The position numbers and the translations under genes were made by a program. DNA of 32,000 bases from Synechocystis sp. PCC 6803 substr. PCC-P (lineage in GTDB: Bacteria > Cyanobacteriota > Cyanobacteriia > Cyanobacteriales > Microcystaceae): the NCBI RefSeq assembly GCF_000284455.1, contig NC_017039.1, positions 1,260,001-1,292,000 of the forward strand. Reading direction: 5' to 3'. Numbering within the stretch: position 1 is the stretch's first letter; each line of letters opens with the position of its first letter. The notes below the pieces were generated by a model, which ran no database searches, was not told the origin of the DNA, and saw nothing but the letters and a program-made list of their open reading frames with translations. Shown one piece after another: positions 8,483-17,364 of this stretch.

Positions 8483-10032
8483 GGTTTACCAACGGTAGGG
8501 CTAAAAAATAGGGTGAATTCTCTCGTCTGTCCCCGCTTTTGTAAATTGGCTAAAGCTAGTCTGCCTTGGGCATTTTGGTCGAGCAATAAATAATTTCCTT
8601 CCTTCGCCTTAGTTCGTAACTGGTCATCATCCACCGCAATCACCTGGCGATCACCATAGAAATCCAAACTGGGACGACTGTAGGCAAAGGAAGTGTAAAT
8701 TAGGGTATTAACTGGGGTGCTTTGTTTAATTAACCGCCCCACGGGCTTAACGGCAAAGGCTTCATTCACTTCCCAATTCCAGAGGGGACTGGAAAAAAGA
8801 AATAGCAAGGTTACATACAGCCCCATCACCAGGGTTTTGGCAAATTTAGGGGAAGAGTGCAAATATTGTTTGGCACTCCAACCTACACCAACAAATAGCA
8901 CTAGCCCCATGATGATAATCACCGGTTTTTGCTCGATGAAACCAGCGTACAATCCCCCCACCAGGCCCACCACAGCGGTGAGAGCAAGGAGGTAACCAAT
9001 TAGCCGGGGATAACGTGGGCGACCTTCCAAATCTGCTAAATAATATCCCCCCATCAGAGCGAAAAAGGGATAACAGGGGAGTACATACCAGGGTAACTTA
9101 GTGCCCATGGCGGAAATAATCAGCAAGAAGCCGAAGCCAAAGGTAATGGCAACCTTAGCCCAGTCCTGTCGCCATTGTTGAACAGTCATTACCGCAGCGG
9201 GAATGAGGAAAAATAGCCAGGGGGCAGTGTATTTAACAATCTCCAACAGGTAATACCAAGGGGGCCCCGTATTGCCCTCTAATTCCTGGGTAACCCGCTC
9301 AAAACTATGAAACTCAAAATGAATTTGCCAAAAGGTTTCCCCGTACTCGGCAAATTGGAGTTGGTACCACCACAGCACTGGGGCAAAACCGATCAATAGC
9401 CCCAACCAGAATTGCCAGCGTTGAAAAATTCGCCCTTCCCCCAGCCAGAAAATTACAATGCCCAACAACAGTGCCAGGGCCAGCACCAGTAAACCCTTAG
9501 CCAAGGCAATTAACCCCAAACCTATACCTATGCCCCCCAACCAATGGGGATTTTTCCGCCCCCGCAGTAAGCAAAGTAATGACCAAAGCAAACAGGCGTT
9601 GATTACCCCGTCCAACATGGTTAAACGACCCAAACGGGCAGTGGGAAGCAGGGTTAACAATATCGAACTACTCCACAGGGCCGCTCTAGGGGAAGAAAAA
9701 ATTTCCTTACCTAGCAGATATAACAACGGCACCGCCAGGGCTGACCCCAGGGCCAACGGTAAACGGGAGCTAAATTCACTGATGCCCAGCAGATGGTAAC
9801 TGCCCATCACCAACCAGGCAATGAGGGGAGGTTTGGATAAAAAAGGTTGCCCTAAATAGGTGGGAAAACGCCAATCTCCTCTGAGGAAAGTATCCTGAGC
9901 TGTAGTAGCGTAATAACCTTCGTCAAAATCCCGCAGGGGTACATTGCCCAAACCGGCGATCGCCAGAATCAGGGCCGCTCCGGTAAGCAGCAGTAAATAT
10001 TTGCGATCATCATTGAGGGCAGGAAAGTTCAA
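8479..10032 (-). CDS. Glycosyltransferase family 39 (ArnT/PMT-like) membrane protein
   Basis: 517 aa, 'LRDFDEGYYATTAQDTFLRGDWRFPTYLGQPFLSKPPLIAWL' GT39 catalytic-loop motif and many TM segments. Confidence 0.85.
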   Translation of the reverse strand: MNFPALNDDRKYLLLLTGAALILAIAGLGNVPLRDFDEGYYATTAQDTFLRGDWRFPTYLGQPFLSKPPLIAWLVMGSYHLLGISEFSSRLPLALGSALAVPLLYLLGKEIFSSPRAALWSSSILLTLLPTARLGRLTMLDGVINACLLWSLLCLLRGRKNPHWLGGIGIGLGLIALAKGLLVLALALLLGIVIFWLGEGRIFQRWQFWLGLLIGFAPVLWWYQLQFAEYGETFWQIHFEFHSFERVTQELEGNTGPPWYYLLEIVKYTAPWLFFLIPAAVMTVQQWRQDWAKVAITFGFGFLLIISAMGTKLPWYVLPCYPFFALMGGYYLADLEGRPRYPRLIGYLLALTAVVGLVGGLYAGFIEQKPVIIIMGLVLFVGVGWSAKQYLHSSPKFAKTLVMGLYVTLLFLFSSPLWNWEVNEAFAVKPVGRLIKQSTPVNTLIYTSFAYSRPSLDFYGDRQVIAVDDDQLRTKAKEGNYLLLDQNAQGRLALANLQKRGQTREFTLFFSPTVGKP

Positions 10033-10140
10033 GGGCGGAATCTTGGGGCATGGTAACTGTTGGACTTGGGGGGCATTTTCCCATGTTCTTGGGGGAAGTT
10101 GAGGTTTTTGTTAAGGTATTTTGTTGATGTTTCCCCACTA

Positions 10141-11346
10141 ATGGCTGACCCTGTGAACCTGATACCCGATCGCCAGCAATTTCCCGGCCTAGCGAATAAG
10201 ACCTATTTTAATTTTGGCGGCCAGGGGATTTTACCCACCGTAGCCTTGGAAGCCATTACGGCCATGTATGGCTATTTGCAGGAAAATGGCCCTTTTTCCA
10301 TTGCCGCCAACCAATACATTCAGCAATTAATTGCCCAACTGCGCCAAGCCCTGGGGGAAACCTTTAACGTTGACCCTAACACCATCACCATTACCGATAA
10401 CGTCACCACGGGCTGTGACATTGTGCTTTGGGGCATAGATTGGCAGAAGGGCGATGAAATTTTGCTCACCGACTGCGAACATCCCGGCATTATTGCCATC
10501 GTCCAGGCGATCGCCGCTCGGTTTGGGGTCACGTACCGTTTTTTCCCGGTGGCGGACACATTAAACCAGGGGGATGCGGCCGCAGTATTAGTTAATCATT
10601 TGGGGCCGAAAACCCGTTTAGTTATCCTCAGCCATTTACTCTGGAATACTGGCCAGGTATTGCCCCTAGGAGAAATTATGGCCGTTTGTCGCCGCCATCA
10701 AGGGGATTATCCAGTGCGGGTGCTAGTGGATGGGGCGCAGTCTGCCGGTTCCTTACCCTTGGATTTTTCCCGGCTAGAAGTGGATTATTACGCTTTTACA
10801 GGGCATAAATGGTTTGCTGGCCCCGCTGGGGTGGGGGGATTGTATATCCATGGCGATGCCAAAGGCACGGCGAATGCCGCACGCCTGGGGGAAATTAACC
10901 CGACCTATGTGGGCTGGCGTAGTATCACCTATGGCAGTAAAGGGGAACCCACTGGCTGGGCAGAAGGGGGCAAAAGATTTGAAGTGGCCACCTCCGCCTA
11001 TCCCCAATATGCTGGTCTGTTGGCCGCTCTCCAGTTGCACCAACGGCAGGGCACCGCCGAGGAACGTTACCAAGCCATTTGTCAACGCAGTGAACTGTTG
11101 TGGCAGGGTCTAAACCAATTACCCCATGTCCATTGTTTAGCCACATCGCCTCCCCAAGCAGGTTTGGTATCCTTCACCATAGATTCTCCCCTAGGCCACC
11201 GGGCGATCGTGCAGAAACTGGAGGAACAACGCATCTATCTCCGCACCATCGCTGACCCAGACTGTGTCCGGGCCTGTTGCCATTACATCACCAATGAAGA
11301 GGAAATTGAGCATTTATTAAGCAGACTAGCTGAATTTACCCCCTAA
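10141..11346 (+). CDS. L-cysteine/cystine lyase (C-DES), PLP-dependent, class V aminotransferase fold
   Basis: From ATG 10141: 'YFNFGGQGILPTVALEAI', 'TDNVTTGCDIVLWGIDW', 'VLVDGAQSAGSLPLDFSRLEVDYYAFTGHKWFAGPAGVGGLYI' with the PLP-lysine context. Confidence 0.85.
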   Translation: MADPVNLIPDRQQFPGLANKTYFNFGGQGILPTVALEAITAMYGYLQENGPFSIAANQYIQQLIAQLRQALGETFNVDPNTITITDNVTTGCDIVLWGIDWQKGDEILLTDCEHPGIIAIVQAIAARFGVTYRFFPVADTLNQGDAAAVLVNHLGPKTRLVILSHLLWNTGQVLPLGEIMAVCRRHQGDYPVRVLVDGAQSAGSLPLDFSRLEVDYYAFTGHKWFAGPAGVGGLYIHGDAKGTANAARLGEINPTYVGWRSITYGSKGEPTGWAEGGKRFEVATSAYPQYAGLLAALQLHQRQGTAEERYQAICQRSELLWQGLNQLPHVHCLATSPPQAGLVSFTIDSPLGHRAIVQKLEEQRIYLRTIADPDCVRACCHYITNEEEIEHLLSRLAEFTP

Positions 11347-11441
11347 GACCTTGTTGATTCCGGGCTCGAATCAGCCCACTCAAGCAATAATGGGGAACTT
11401 TTACCGAAACTTGCAGATTAGGAACGCTTTTGGGAAAGGCC

Positions 11442-12320
11442 CTAAACTTGTCCAGTTTCCTGCAATAACCAAAAACCAGCAAAGGTTTCACTGTCAGGGC
11501 TGGTTTGGATGGCTAAAAAGTGAATGCCCTGGGCCAATTTTTTTGTCTGTTCAAAGCCCTGAGCTTCCTGTTCACTGGTTTTATCGGTGACGTTGGCCAC
11601 AATCCAACTATCACTGGCTCCGGTTTCCAACCGCATAATAGGGCGGGGGTCAGTGTTGTATTGCAAATAGCCCAATTCCAACCCCGATAACCAAGCGGCA
11701 AAGGGTAAAGCCCTGGGGGAAAAGAGAATCAAACCAGGAATGCGACTGTCGGGGGAAAGATTGTACGAGGAGAGGGGAAAACTTTCCCCAAAGCTAATCT
11801 CCCAATCCGGTAAATCATTAAAATCAGCCGCGGCCAAACTCACCAAGGCCCACTGGTCCCCTCGATCGCCTCTCACTGCATCGGGCAAGGCAATGGCATT
11901 AAGTTCTGGATATTGTACGGATGTGGACGAAGCTAACTTCGGGTCATAGCCCGGTTGTTGGGGATAAAAATTCTCCAGGCGATCGCCTAACCATTGTTCC
12001 AGTACATAGGTGCGACGACTGGGGGCCGGGGGAATACCAGCTTCTTCACAGGCTTTGCTGATCATGTTATTCATCTGCCGCCGGAAAAAGCGGATCTTTT
12101 GAGGCATCTGACCCGCCTCGGCGATCGCCGCTTCGATGGCCTGCCGGAGCCAAACGGAATTAACGGTAGAACTGGGACAATATTGGCTGTAGCGGAACAA
12201 ATCTCCTGGTAACTGCTGCACGGATTGGGGAGACTCACAAATTAGTACTTCCCACACCTTTTTTTCCTCGTCGTCCAACAACGGCCGTGAATAAAAATCC
12301 AATTCCCAGGTAACGCCCAT
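11442..12320 (-). CDS. Tab2/Atab2-like RNA-binding protein
   Basis: 292 aa: 'WELDFYSRPLLDDEEKKVWEVLIC...SVWLRQAIEAAIAEAG..P.KIRFFRRQMNNMI..AC..AGI...PSRRTYVLEQWL' is characteristic of the Tab2 family. Confidence 0.85.
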   Translation of the reverse strand: MGVTWELDFYSRPLLDDEEKKVWEVLICESPQSVQQLPGDLFRYSQYCPSSTVNSVWLRQAIEAAIAEAGQMPQKIRFFRRQMNNMISKACEEAGIPPAPSRRTYVLEQWLGDRLENFYPQQPGYDPKLASSTSVQYPELNAIALPDAVRGDRGDQWALVSLAAADFNDLPDWEISFGESFPLSSYNLSPDSRIPGLILFSPRALPFAAWLSGLELGYLQYNTDPRPIMRLETGASDSWIVANVTDKTSEQEAQGFEQTKKLAQGIHFLAIQTSPDSETFAGFWLLQETGQV

Positions 12321-12560
12321 ATATTAATTAAATATTTGTCAAAGCCAGCCCAAAAGGGCTAATCGCTATCCTATCAAGCAATTGTCCTTGGGTTATCATC
12401 CTGCCCCGGCCAAGAGAAAGAACTGGCCATCGCCATTGTCAGCCAAAAGCCCCTGGGCTTAAGATATCCTGGAAACACGGTGCCATCTCCGCTAACCTCT
12501 CCATGGCTAATCCGGTCACACCGCCATCCATCTTCCACCGCCCTAAAATTTGACCAAAAT

Positions 12561-13385
12561 ATGATTTCCCAGCCCCAAGGATTTACCCGCCTTAGCCGTT
12601 CTTCTCATCGCTTCTTCCCAGCCCGTTGGTTAATGGCTTTTGGTTGGGGTGTCGGTCTAATGGCGTTGGGATCATTGCCCCTCAATGCCGCCACCATTGC
12701 CCAGGGGAATGTAACTGAACGTCAAGTGCGGGCTTTAATTGAACAATTTGATGCGGTGGCCAACCAACACAATACTGATCGCCTGGGGGAAATTTACAGC
12801 CCTGAATTTAGCAACAGTGACGGTCTGACCTTTGCCCAAATGGAAACGACTCTGCAACAGCTTTGGGAAACATATGGCAATTTGACCTACAGCACCGAAC
12901 TGAAAAACTGGAAACAGGATGGGCAAGCAGTGGTGGTGGAAACTTTGACCACCATTCAGGGGGAACGGCCTTGGCTGGGTCGCACCGCCCAATTGAATGG
13001 ACAAATTACCTCCCGCCAAACCTTTGTGCAAAATAAATTGGTACGCCAGGAAGTGTTAACGGAAAAAATGACCCTCACCGCCGGGGACAATCCACCGGAA
13101 GTGGACGTTAATTTGCCTCAGCAAGTGCAGGCGGGCCAAGAATTTGATTTCGATGTTGTCCTGCGTCAACCCATTGGTGATGACCTCCTGGCGGGCACAG
13201 CTTTTAGTCAAAAAATAGATCCTAATAACTACGTTGATCCTTCCCAGGTGAAATTGGAATTGTTACAGGCTGGTGGGCTATTCAAACGGGCGATCGCCGG
13301 TAATGATCCCCAGTGGTTGTCTGCCCTACTAGTTACTCCTGAAGGCATGGTATTGGTTACCCAGCGTTTGGCCGTTGTTCCCTAG
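12561..13385 (+). CDS. Secreted/periplasmic protein with N-terminal SnoaL/DUF4440-like region
   Basis: Hydrophobic signal-like segment 'LMAFGWGVGLMALGSLPLNAATIA', then 'QVRALIEQFDAVANQHNTDRLGEIYSPEFSNSDGLTFAQME'. ATG at 12561 preferred over 12480. Confidence 0.65.
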   Translation: MISQPQGFTRLSRSSHRFFPARWLMAFGWGVGLMALGSLPLNAATIAQGNVTERQVRALIEQFDAVANQHNTDRLGEIYSPEFSNSDGLTFAQMETTLQQLWETYGNLTYSTELKNWKQDGQAVVVETLTTIQGERPWLGRTAQLNGQITSRQTFVQNKLVRQEVLTEKMTLTAGDNPPEVDVNLPQQVQAGQEFDFDVVLRQPIGDDLLAGTAFSQKIDPNNYVDPSQVKLELLQAGGLFKRAIAGNDPQWLSALLVTPEGMVLVTQRLAVVP

Positions 13386-13423
13386 GGAAACTGTAACAGC
13401 GATGAAAAAATCAGTCGGAGAAT

Positions 13424-14353
13424 GTGAAAATTAAACAAGCTATTGCCAAACCCTTTCTGAAATGGGCTGGAGGTAAGGGAAAGTTAATTGAACAATTGGT
13501 TAATTGCTTCCCCTTAGAAATCACCACTGGTCAGTTAACTAAGTATGCTGAGCCTTTTATTGGTGGCGGGGCTTTGTACTTTCATGTTGCCCAAAATTAT
13601 CCCCAGATAGAAAAATTCTTTATCTCCGACTGCAATCAGCAGTTAGTTTTGGCTTATCAGACTATTCAACAAAATGTTGATGATTTAATTGATTTTTTAA
13701 GACGGCTACAGCAGAAGTATTATTGTTTCAACCAAGATGAAAGAAAAGATTTTTTTTATCAGCAAAGACTAAAATTCAACCAGAATGTTACCGGAATAAA
13801 TTTAGAAAAATTTAGTAAATTGTGGATAGAGCAAACTGGTCTGCTTATATTTTTAAATCGTACCTGTTTTAACGGCTTATTTCGAGTTAACTCTAAAGGA
13901 GAATTTAATGTACCCTTTGGGGATTATAAAAATCCTAAGATTTGCGATGCTGAGAATCTTAAGTTAGTAGCCAACTTACTTGCCAGAACAGAAATAAGAT
14001 TTGGTGATTTTACTTCGAGTAATAACTTCATTGATGCATCCACCTTTGTTTATTTTGACCCGCCCTATCGTCCCTTAAATAAAACCTCCAGCTTTAACTC
14101 CTATGGTAAAGCGAACTTCAATGATAATGAGCAATTGAGGTTAGCTGAATATTACCAATCACTCAATAACAAAAACGCTAAGTTGATGTTGAGCAATTCC
14201 GATCCGAAAAATATTAATAGCGACGATAACTTTTTTGATGATTTATATCGGGGTTTTCAAATTGCTCGGATCGATGCCCTCCGTATGATTAACAGTCAGG
14301 CTGACAAAAGAGGTGCAATTAAAGAAATATTGGTTGTGAATTACCATCGCTGA
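13424..14353 (+). CDS. Dam-like N6-adenine DNA methyltransferase, probable GATC specificity, orphan
   Basis: GTG start at 13424. 'KPFLKWAGGKGKLIEQL' (FxGxG-type SAM site), 'YAEPFIGGGALYF', 'TFVYFDPPYRPL' (DPPY motif), 'GLFRVNSKGEFNVPFG'. No restriction gene adjacent. Confidence 0.93.
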   Translation: MKIKQAIAKPFLKWAGGKGKLIEQLVNCFPLEITTGQLTKYAEPFIGGGALYFHVAQNYPQIEKFFISDCNQQLVLAYQTIQQNVDDLIDFLRRLQQKYYCFNQDERKDFFYQQRLKFNQNVTGINLEKFSKLWIEQTGLLIFLNRTCFNGLFRVNSKGEFNVPFGDYKNPKICDAENLKLVANLLARTEIRFGDFTSSNNFIDASTFVYFDPPYRPLNKTSSFNSYGKANFNDNEQLRLAEYYQSLNNKNAKLMLSNSDPKNINSDDNFFDDLYRGFQIARIDALRMINSQADKRGAIKEILVVNYHR

Positions 14354-14426
14354 TTAGTACGCTGTTGGGATTTTTTTAGTAGGCTAATTGAGGGAACAAA
14401 CTAAAATTATGCCAACAAAGTCTTAG

Positions 14427-15295
14427 AAAGTGTTTGAAAAGTTTTAAGCAAGCCTTTGAAGCATGAGATGGAGCATGGCAACATGAATCATTGTCTCACT
14501 GGTGGTAGGTAAATATTCATAATCCTTGCTTAAACGACGATAGCGTCCAAACCAAGCAAAGGTGCGCTCGACTACCCAACGGCGGGGTAAGACTTCAAAA
14601 CCTTTTTGTCCCTGCTTTTTGCTGACGACATTCAAATTCCAACCAAAAGTATGCTCCACCCAATAGATAAAATCCTTTCCGCCAAAGGTGCTGTCAGTCC
14701 ATATAACTTGCAGGCACTGCCAAAGGGGAGCAAACCAGGTAGCAAGTAGAATCAGACCCTGATGGTCGGAGCGATGGGCACCATGGACGACAACATCGAG
14801 AAGTAATCCCATGGTATCCACGAGGATTGTACGTTTACGACCATTGACCTTTTTTCCGCCGTCATAGCCAGTTTCTTGGCCAGTTCCAGCCTTTTTAAGT
14901 GACTGTGAATCTAAACAACCAGCACTAGGGTGAGTATTTCTTCCAGCTTTGAGTCGAACCTTCTCACGGAAGATACGGTTTAATTTTCTCCAGGTACCAT
15001 CTTCGTGCCATTGCTGGAAATAACCATAGACCGTTCGCCATTTAGGGAAATCATGGGGTAGAAGTCGCCAGGCACACCCCGTTCTGAGCATGTAAAAAAT
15101 GGCATTGAGTATCTCCCGCAGACTAGTTTTCCGTTTTCTTCCCCCAGTTTTTGCTTTGGGTAAATGGGGTTCTACCAATTGCCACTGGCTATCAGTGATG
15201 TCCGTGCTGTAAAATTCTCGAATTATCATTAATTATGGTGAAAATTTTATTCTTTTCACCATTTTCCATTCTTCACCCTACTTTTCAAACACGCT
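14427..15295. mobile_element. IS5-superfamily insertion sequence, about 869 bp
   Basis: Imperfect terminal inverted repeats AAAGTGTTTGAAAAGT (left) and AGCGTGTTTGAAAAGT (right end, reverse complement). Flanked by CTTAG at 14422-14426 and 15296-15300. Exact ends could shift by 1-3 nt. Confidence 0.85.
14444..15229 (-). CDS. IS5-family transposase, apparently intact
   Basis: 261 aa: 'DITDSQWQLVEPHLP', 'LREILNAIFYMLRTGCAWRLLPHDFPKWRTVYGYFQQW', 'GYDGGKKVNGRKRTILVDTMGLLL', 'VVERTFAWFGRYRRLSKDYE'. Confidence 0.96.
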   Translation of the reverse strand: MIIREFYSTDITDSQWQLVEPHLPKAKTGGRKRKTSLREILNAIFYMLRTGCAWRLLPHDFPKWRTVYGYFQQWHEDGTWRKLNRIFREKVRLKAGRNTHPSAGCLDSQSLKKAGTGQETGYDGGKKVNGRKRTILVDTMGLLLDVVVHGAHRSDHQGLILLATWFAPLWQCLQVIWTDSTFGGKDFIYWVEHTFGWNLNVVSKKQGQKGFEVLPRRWVVERTFAWFGRYRRLSKDYEYLPTTSETMIHVAMLHLMLQRLA

Positions 15296-15307
15296 CTTAG
15301 GTAATAG

Positions 15308-16054
15308 CTAAAACTTCAAATATTCTGCTCCATCTAAACGAATGGTGGTGCCACTCAGAAAATCCTGTTGTAGCAAATATAGGGCCGCATCAGTGACTAC
15401 TTTGGGATTGCCGGTCATTTTTAAAGGAATACGTCGCTCTGCATAATCCCGCATAAACTCTTCCGGGTCCGGCGCTTCCGGAGCTTCTAAAATCTGTCCT
15501 AGGGCGAGGCCATTAACGGTGATATTGGGGGCCAATTCCAGGGCTAAAATTTCCGTCATATCCCACAAACCCCGTTTGGTAAGACGGTAAACAAAATGGT
15601 CTGGCCTTGGTCGGGGAATGCGGGCATCGTTAATGTTAATAATTTTTCCTTGGCGATCGCCGGCTACTTGTTGAGCAAAGGCCTGGGACAACTGAAAGGG
15701 GGCCCGGAGATTAACGGCAAAAATCCATTCCCACAGGTCGAGATCCACTTGAAAGAATTTATCTTCTAGGGGAAAAACCGAGGCACTGTTGATCAGAATA
15801 TCCACCTGGCCAAAGACTTCCTGGGCTTTGGGAATAATTCCTTGGGTGGCCTGGGCATCGCTCAAATCGGCGGAGTAGGTAAAAGCTTTCCTACCCAATG
15901 CTTCCACTTCTTGCTGAACCTCTAGGGCTCCGGTCTGGGAATTACCGTAGTGAATAAAGACGTTACAACCGGCTTCCGCCAGGGCCATAACTAGGGCCCG
16001 ACCAACCCTTATGCCTCCCCCGGTGACCAGGGCTGTTTTTCCAGTTAATTCCAT
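15308..16054 (-). CDS. Short-chain dehydrogenase/reductase, pteridine-reductase-like
   Basis: 'ALVTGGGIRVGRALVMALAEAG', 'INSASVF', 'GKIININDARIPRPRPDHFVYRLTKRGL': SDR fold with Asp-Ala where most classical SDRs have the catalytic Ser. Confidence 0.85.
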   Translation of the reverse strand: MELTGKTALVTGGGIRVGRALVMALAEAGCNVFIHYGNSQTGALEVQQEVEALGRKAFTYSADLSDAQATQGIIPKAQEVFGQVDILINSASVFPLEDKFFQVDLDLWEWIFAVNLRAPFQLSQAFAQQVAGDRQGKIININDARIPRPRPDHFVYRLTKRGLWDMTEILALELAPNITVNGLALGQILEAPEAPDPEEFMRDYAERRIPLKMTGNPKVVTDAALYLLQQDFLSGTTIRLDGAEYLKF

Positions 16055-16179
16055 CGTAGTTAGTTAAATTCCTGAGCCTTGGGCGATTACAAACTTAGTC
16101 GGGTGGAGATACAATAAAACAAAATTACCATTTTTTATGGCGATGTAGTCGAAATCATTGCCCATAATTACAAAAAAAT

Positions 16180-16464
16180 TCAGGCTTCAACCTTTACACC
16201 CCGCCAAAAAGCGATGTAGCCCTTAATATTTTCCGCCCTGGGTTTGGGATCGGGGTAATACCAAGCCGCATCCGGGTTCTCCTGGCCATCCACCACTACG
16301 GTGTAGTAACTGGCGGTGCCTTTCCAACCGCAAACGGTGTGGGTGTTACTGGGCTGGAAATACTGGGGATGGATGCTGTCGGGGGGAAAATAGTAGTTGC
16401 CCTCCACCATTTCACACTGGTCACTCTCGGCGAGGACGACCCCATTCCAGATTGCTTTGGCCAT
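16180..16464 (-). CDS. DUF427 domain protein
   Basis: 94 aa: 'MAKAIWNGVVLAESD...VEGNYYFPPDSI...YFQPSNTHTVCGWKGTASYYTVVVDG...AAWYYPDPKP.A..IKGYIAFW'. Confidence 0.85.
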   Translation of the reverse strand: MAKAIWNGVVLAESDQCEMVEGNYYFPPDSIHPQYFQPSNTHTVCGWKGTASYYTVVVDGQENPDAAWYYPDPKPRAENIKGYIAFWRGVKVEA

Positions 16465-16513
16465 GGTTTAGGACGGGTAAAGTAAACGCCTTGGATTATA
16501 GCCCCTTCTGCAA

Positions 16514-17146
16514 TCAAACCAAACCGGAACGGAGGGCAATGACGGCAGCTTGAACCCGGTCATCAACGGACAGCTTATTCATGATGCCCCGTACATGAGT
16601 TTTAATTGTGTTGGTGCTTAGATATAAAGTTTGGGCGATTTCTTGGTTACTTTTTCCTTCCACAATTAATTTCAGCACGTCAATTTCCCTTTCCGAAAGG
16701 CTAGACACGTCGGCTTGGCCTTCCGGCACGGGGGGCTTGAGGTTTTCCACCACCACCCGGGCAATTTGGGGGTCTAGGTAGGTGGCTCCATCCTGGGCGG
16801 CGGCGATCGCCAAAATTAAACGCTCTAGGGTGGCTCCTTTAACGCAGTAAGCATCGGCCCCACTGGATAGGGCAGCAATAATCTCGTTGGGCAGGGTGTG
16901 GGAAGTCAACACTACAATGTGGATCTGGGGGGAAGTTTGCTTGATTTGTTTGGTGGCTTCAATGCCATCAAGTCCAGGCAAGCCAATGTCCATCACGATC
17001 AAGTCCGGGTTGAGGACCGCTGCCTGTTGCACAGCACCATAGCCGTTATCCACTCGACCAATAATTTCAAAGCGCTCATGGGCCCCCAAGGCTTGCTCCA
17101 AACCTAATTGCATCAATGGATCATCTTCAACGATCAAAATTTTCAT
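16514..17146 (-). CDS. NarL/FixJ-family two-component response regulator (probably Rre17 if this is PCC 6803)
   Basis: Receiver 'MKILIVEDDPLMQLGLEQAL...DLIVMDIGLPGLDGIEATKQI' and LuxR-type HTH 'SEREIDVLKLIVEGKSNQEIAQTLYLSTNTIKTHVRGIMNKLSV'. Start at 17146. Confidence 0.93.
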   Translation of the reverse strand: MKILIVEDDPLMQLGLEQALGAHERFEIIGRVDNGYGAVQQAAVLNPDLIVMDIGLPGLDGIEATKQIKQTSPQIHIVVLTSHTLPNEIIAALSSGADAYCVKGATLERLILAIAAAQDGATYLDPQIARVVVENLKPPVPEGQADVSSLSEREIDVLKLIVEGKSNQEIAQTLYLSTNTIKTHVRGIMNKLSVDDRVQAAVIALRSGLV

Positions 17147-17364
17147 AGGCAGGCAAGGCTCGATTTTCACCCTATGGGGGGAAGTAAAATCCATTCCAGT
17201 TTAGGCAAAGTTGAGATAGTAATCTACAGTGCTTAGCAATTCTTTGTACTTCATCGGTGATTACTATCACGGTAAGGGTGCCGATGCAAAAAGGGGGTTC
17301 GCCCGCTGTTGCATTATCCCCATGGGGGGGAAAGAATATCGACCACTTTTAAGAATAAAACGGT

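Noticed and set aside
13424-15229. Restriction-modification or defence island around the methylase
   Set aside because: Neighbours are a periplasmic protein gene and an IS element. No endonuclease, helicase or other defence protein is adjacent, so the methylase is treated as an orphan.
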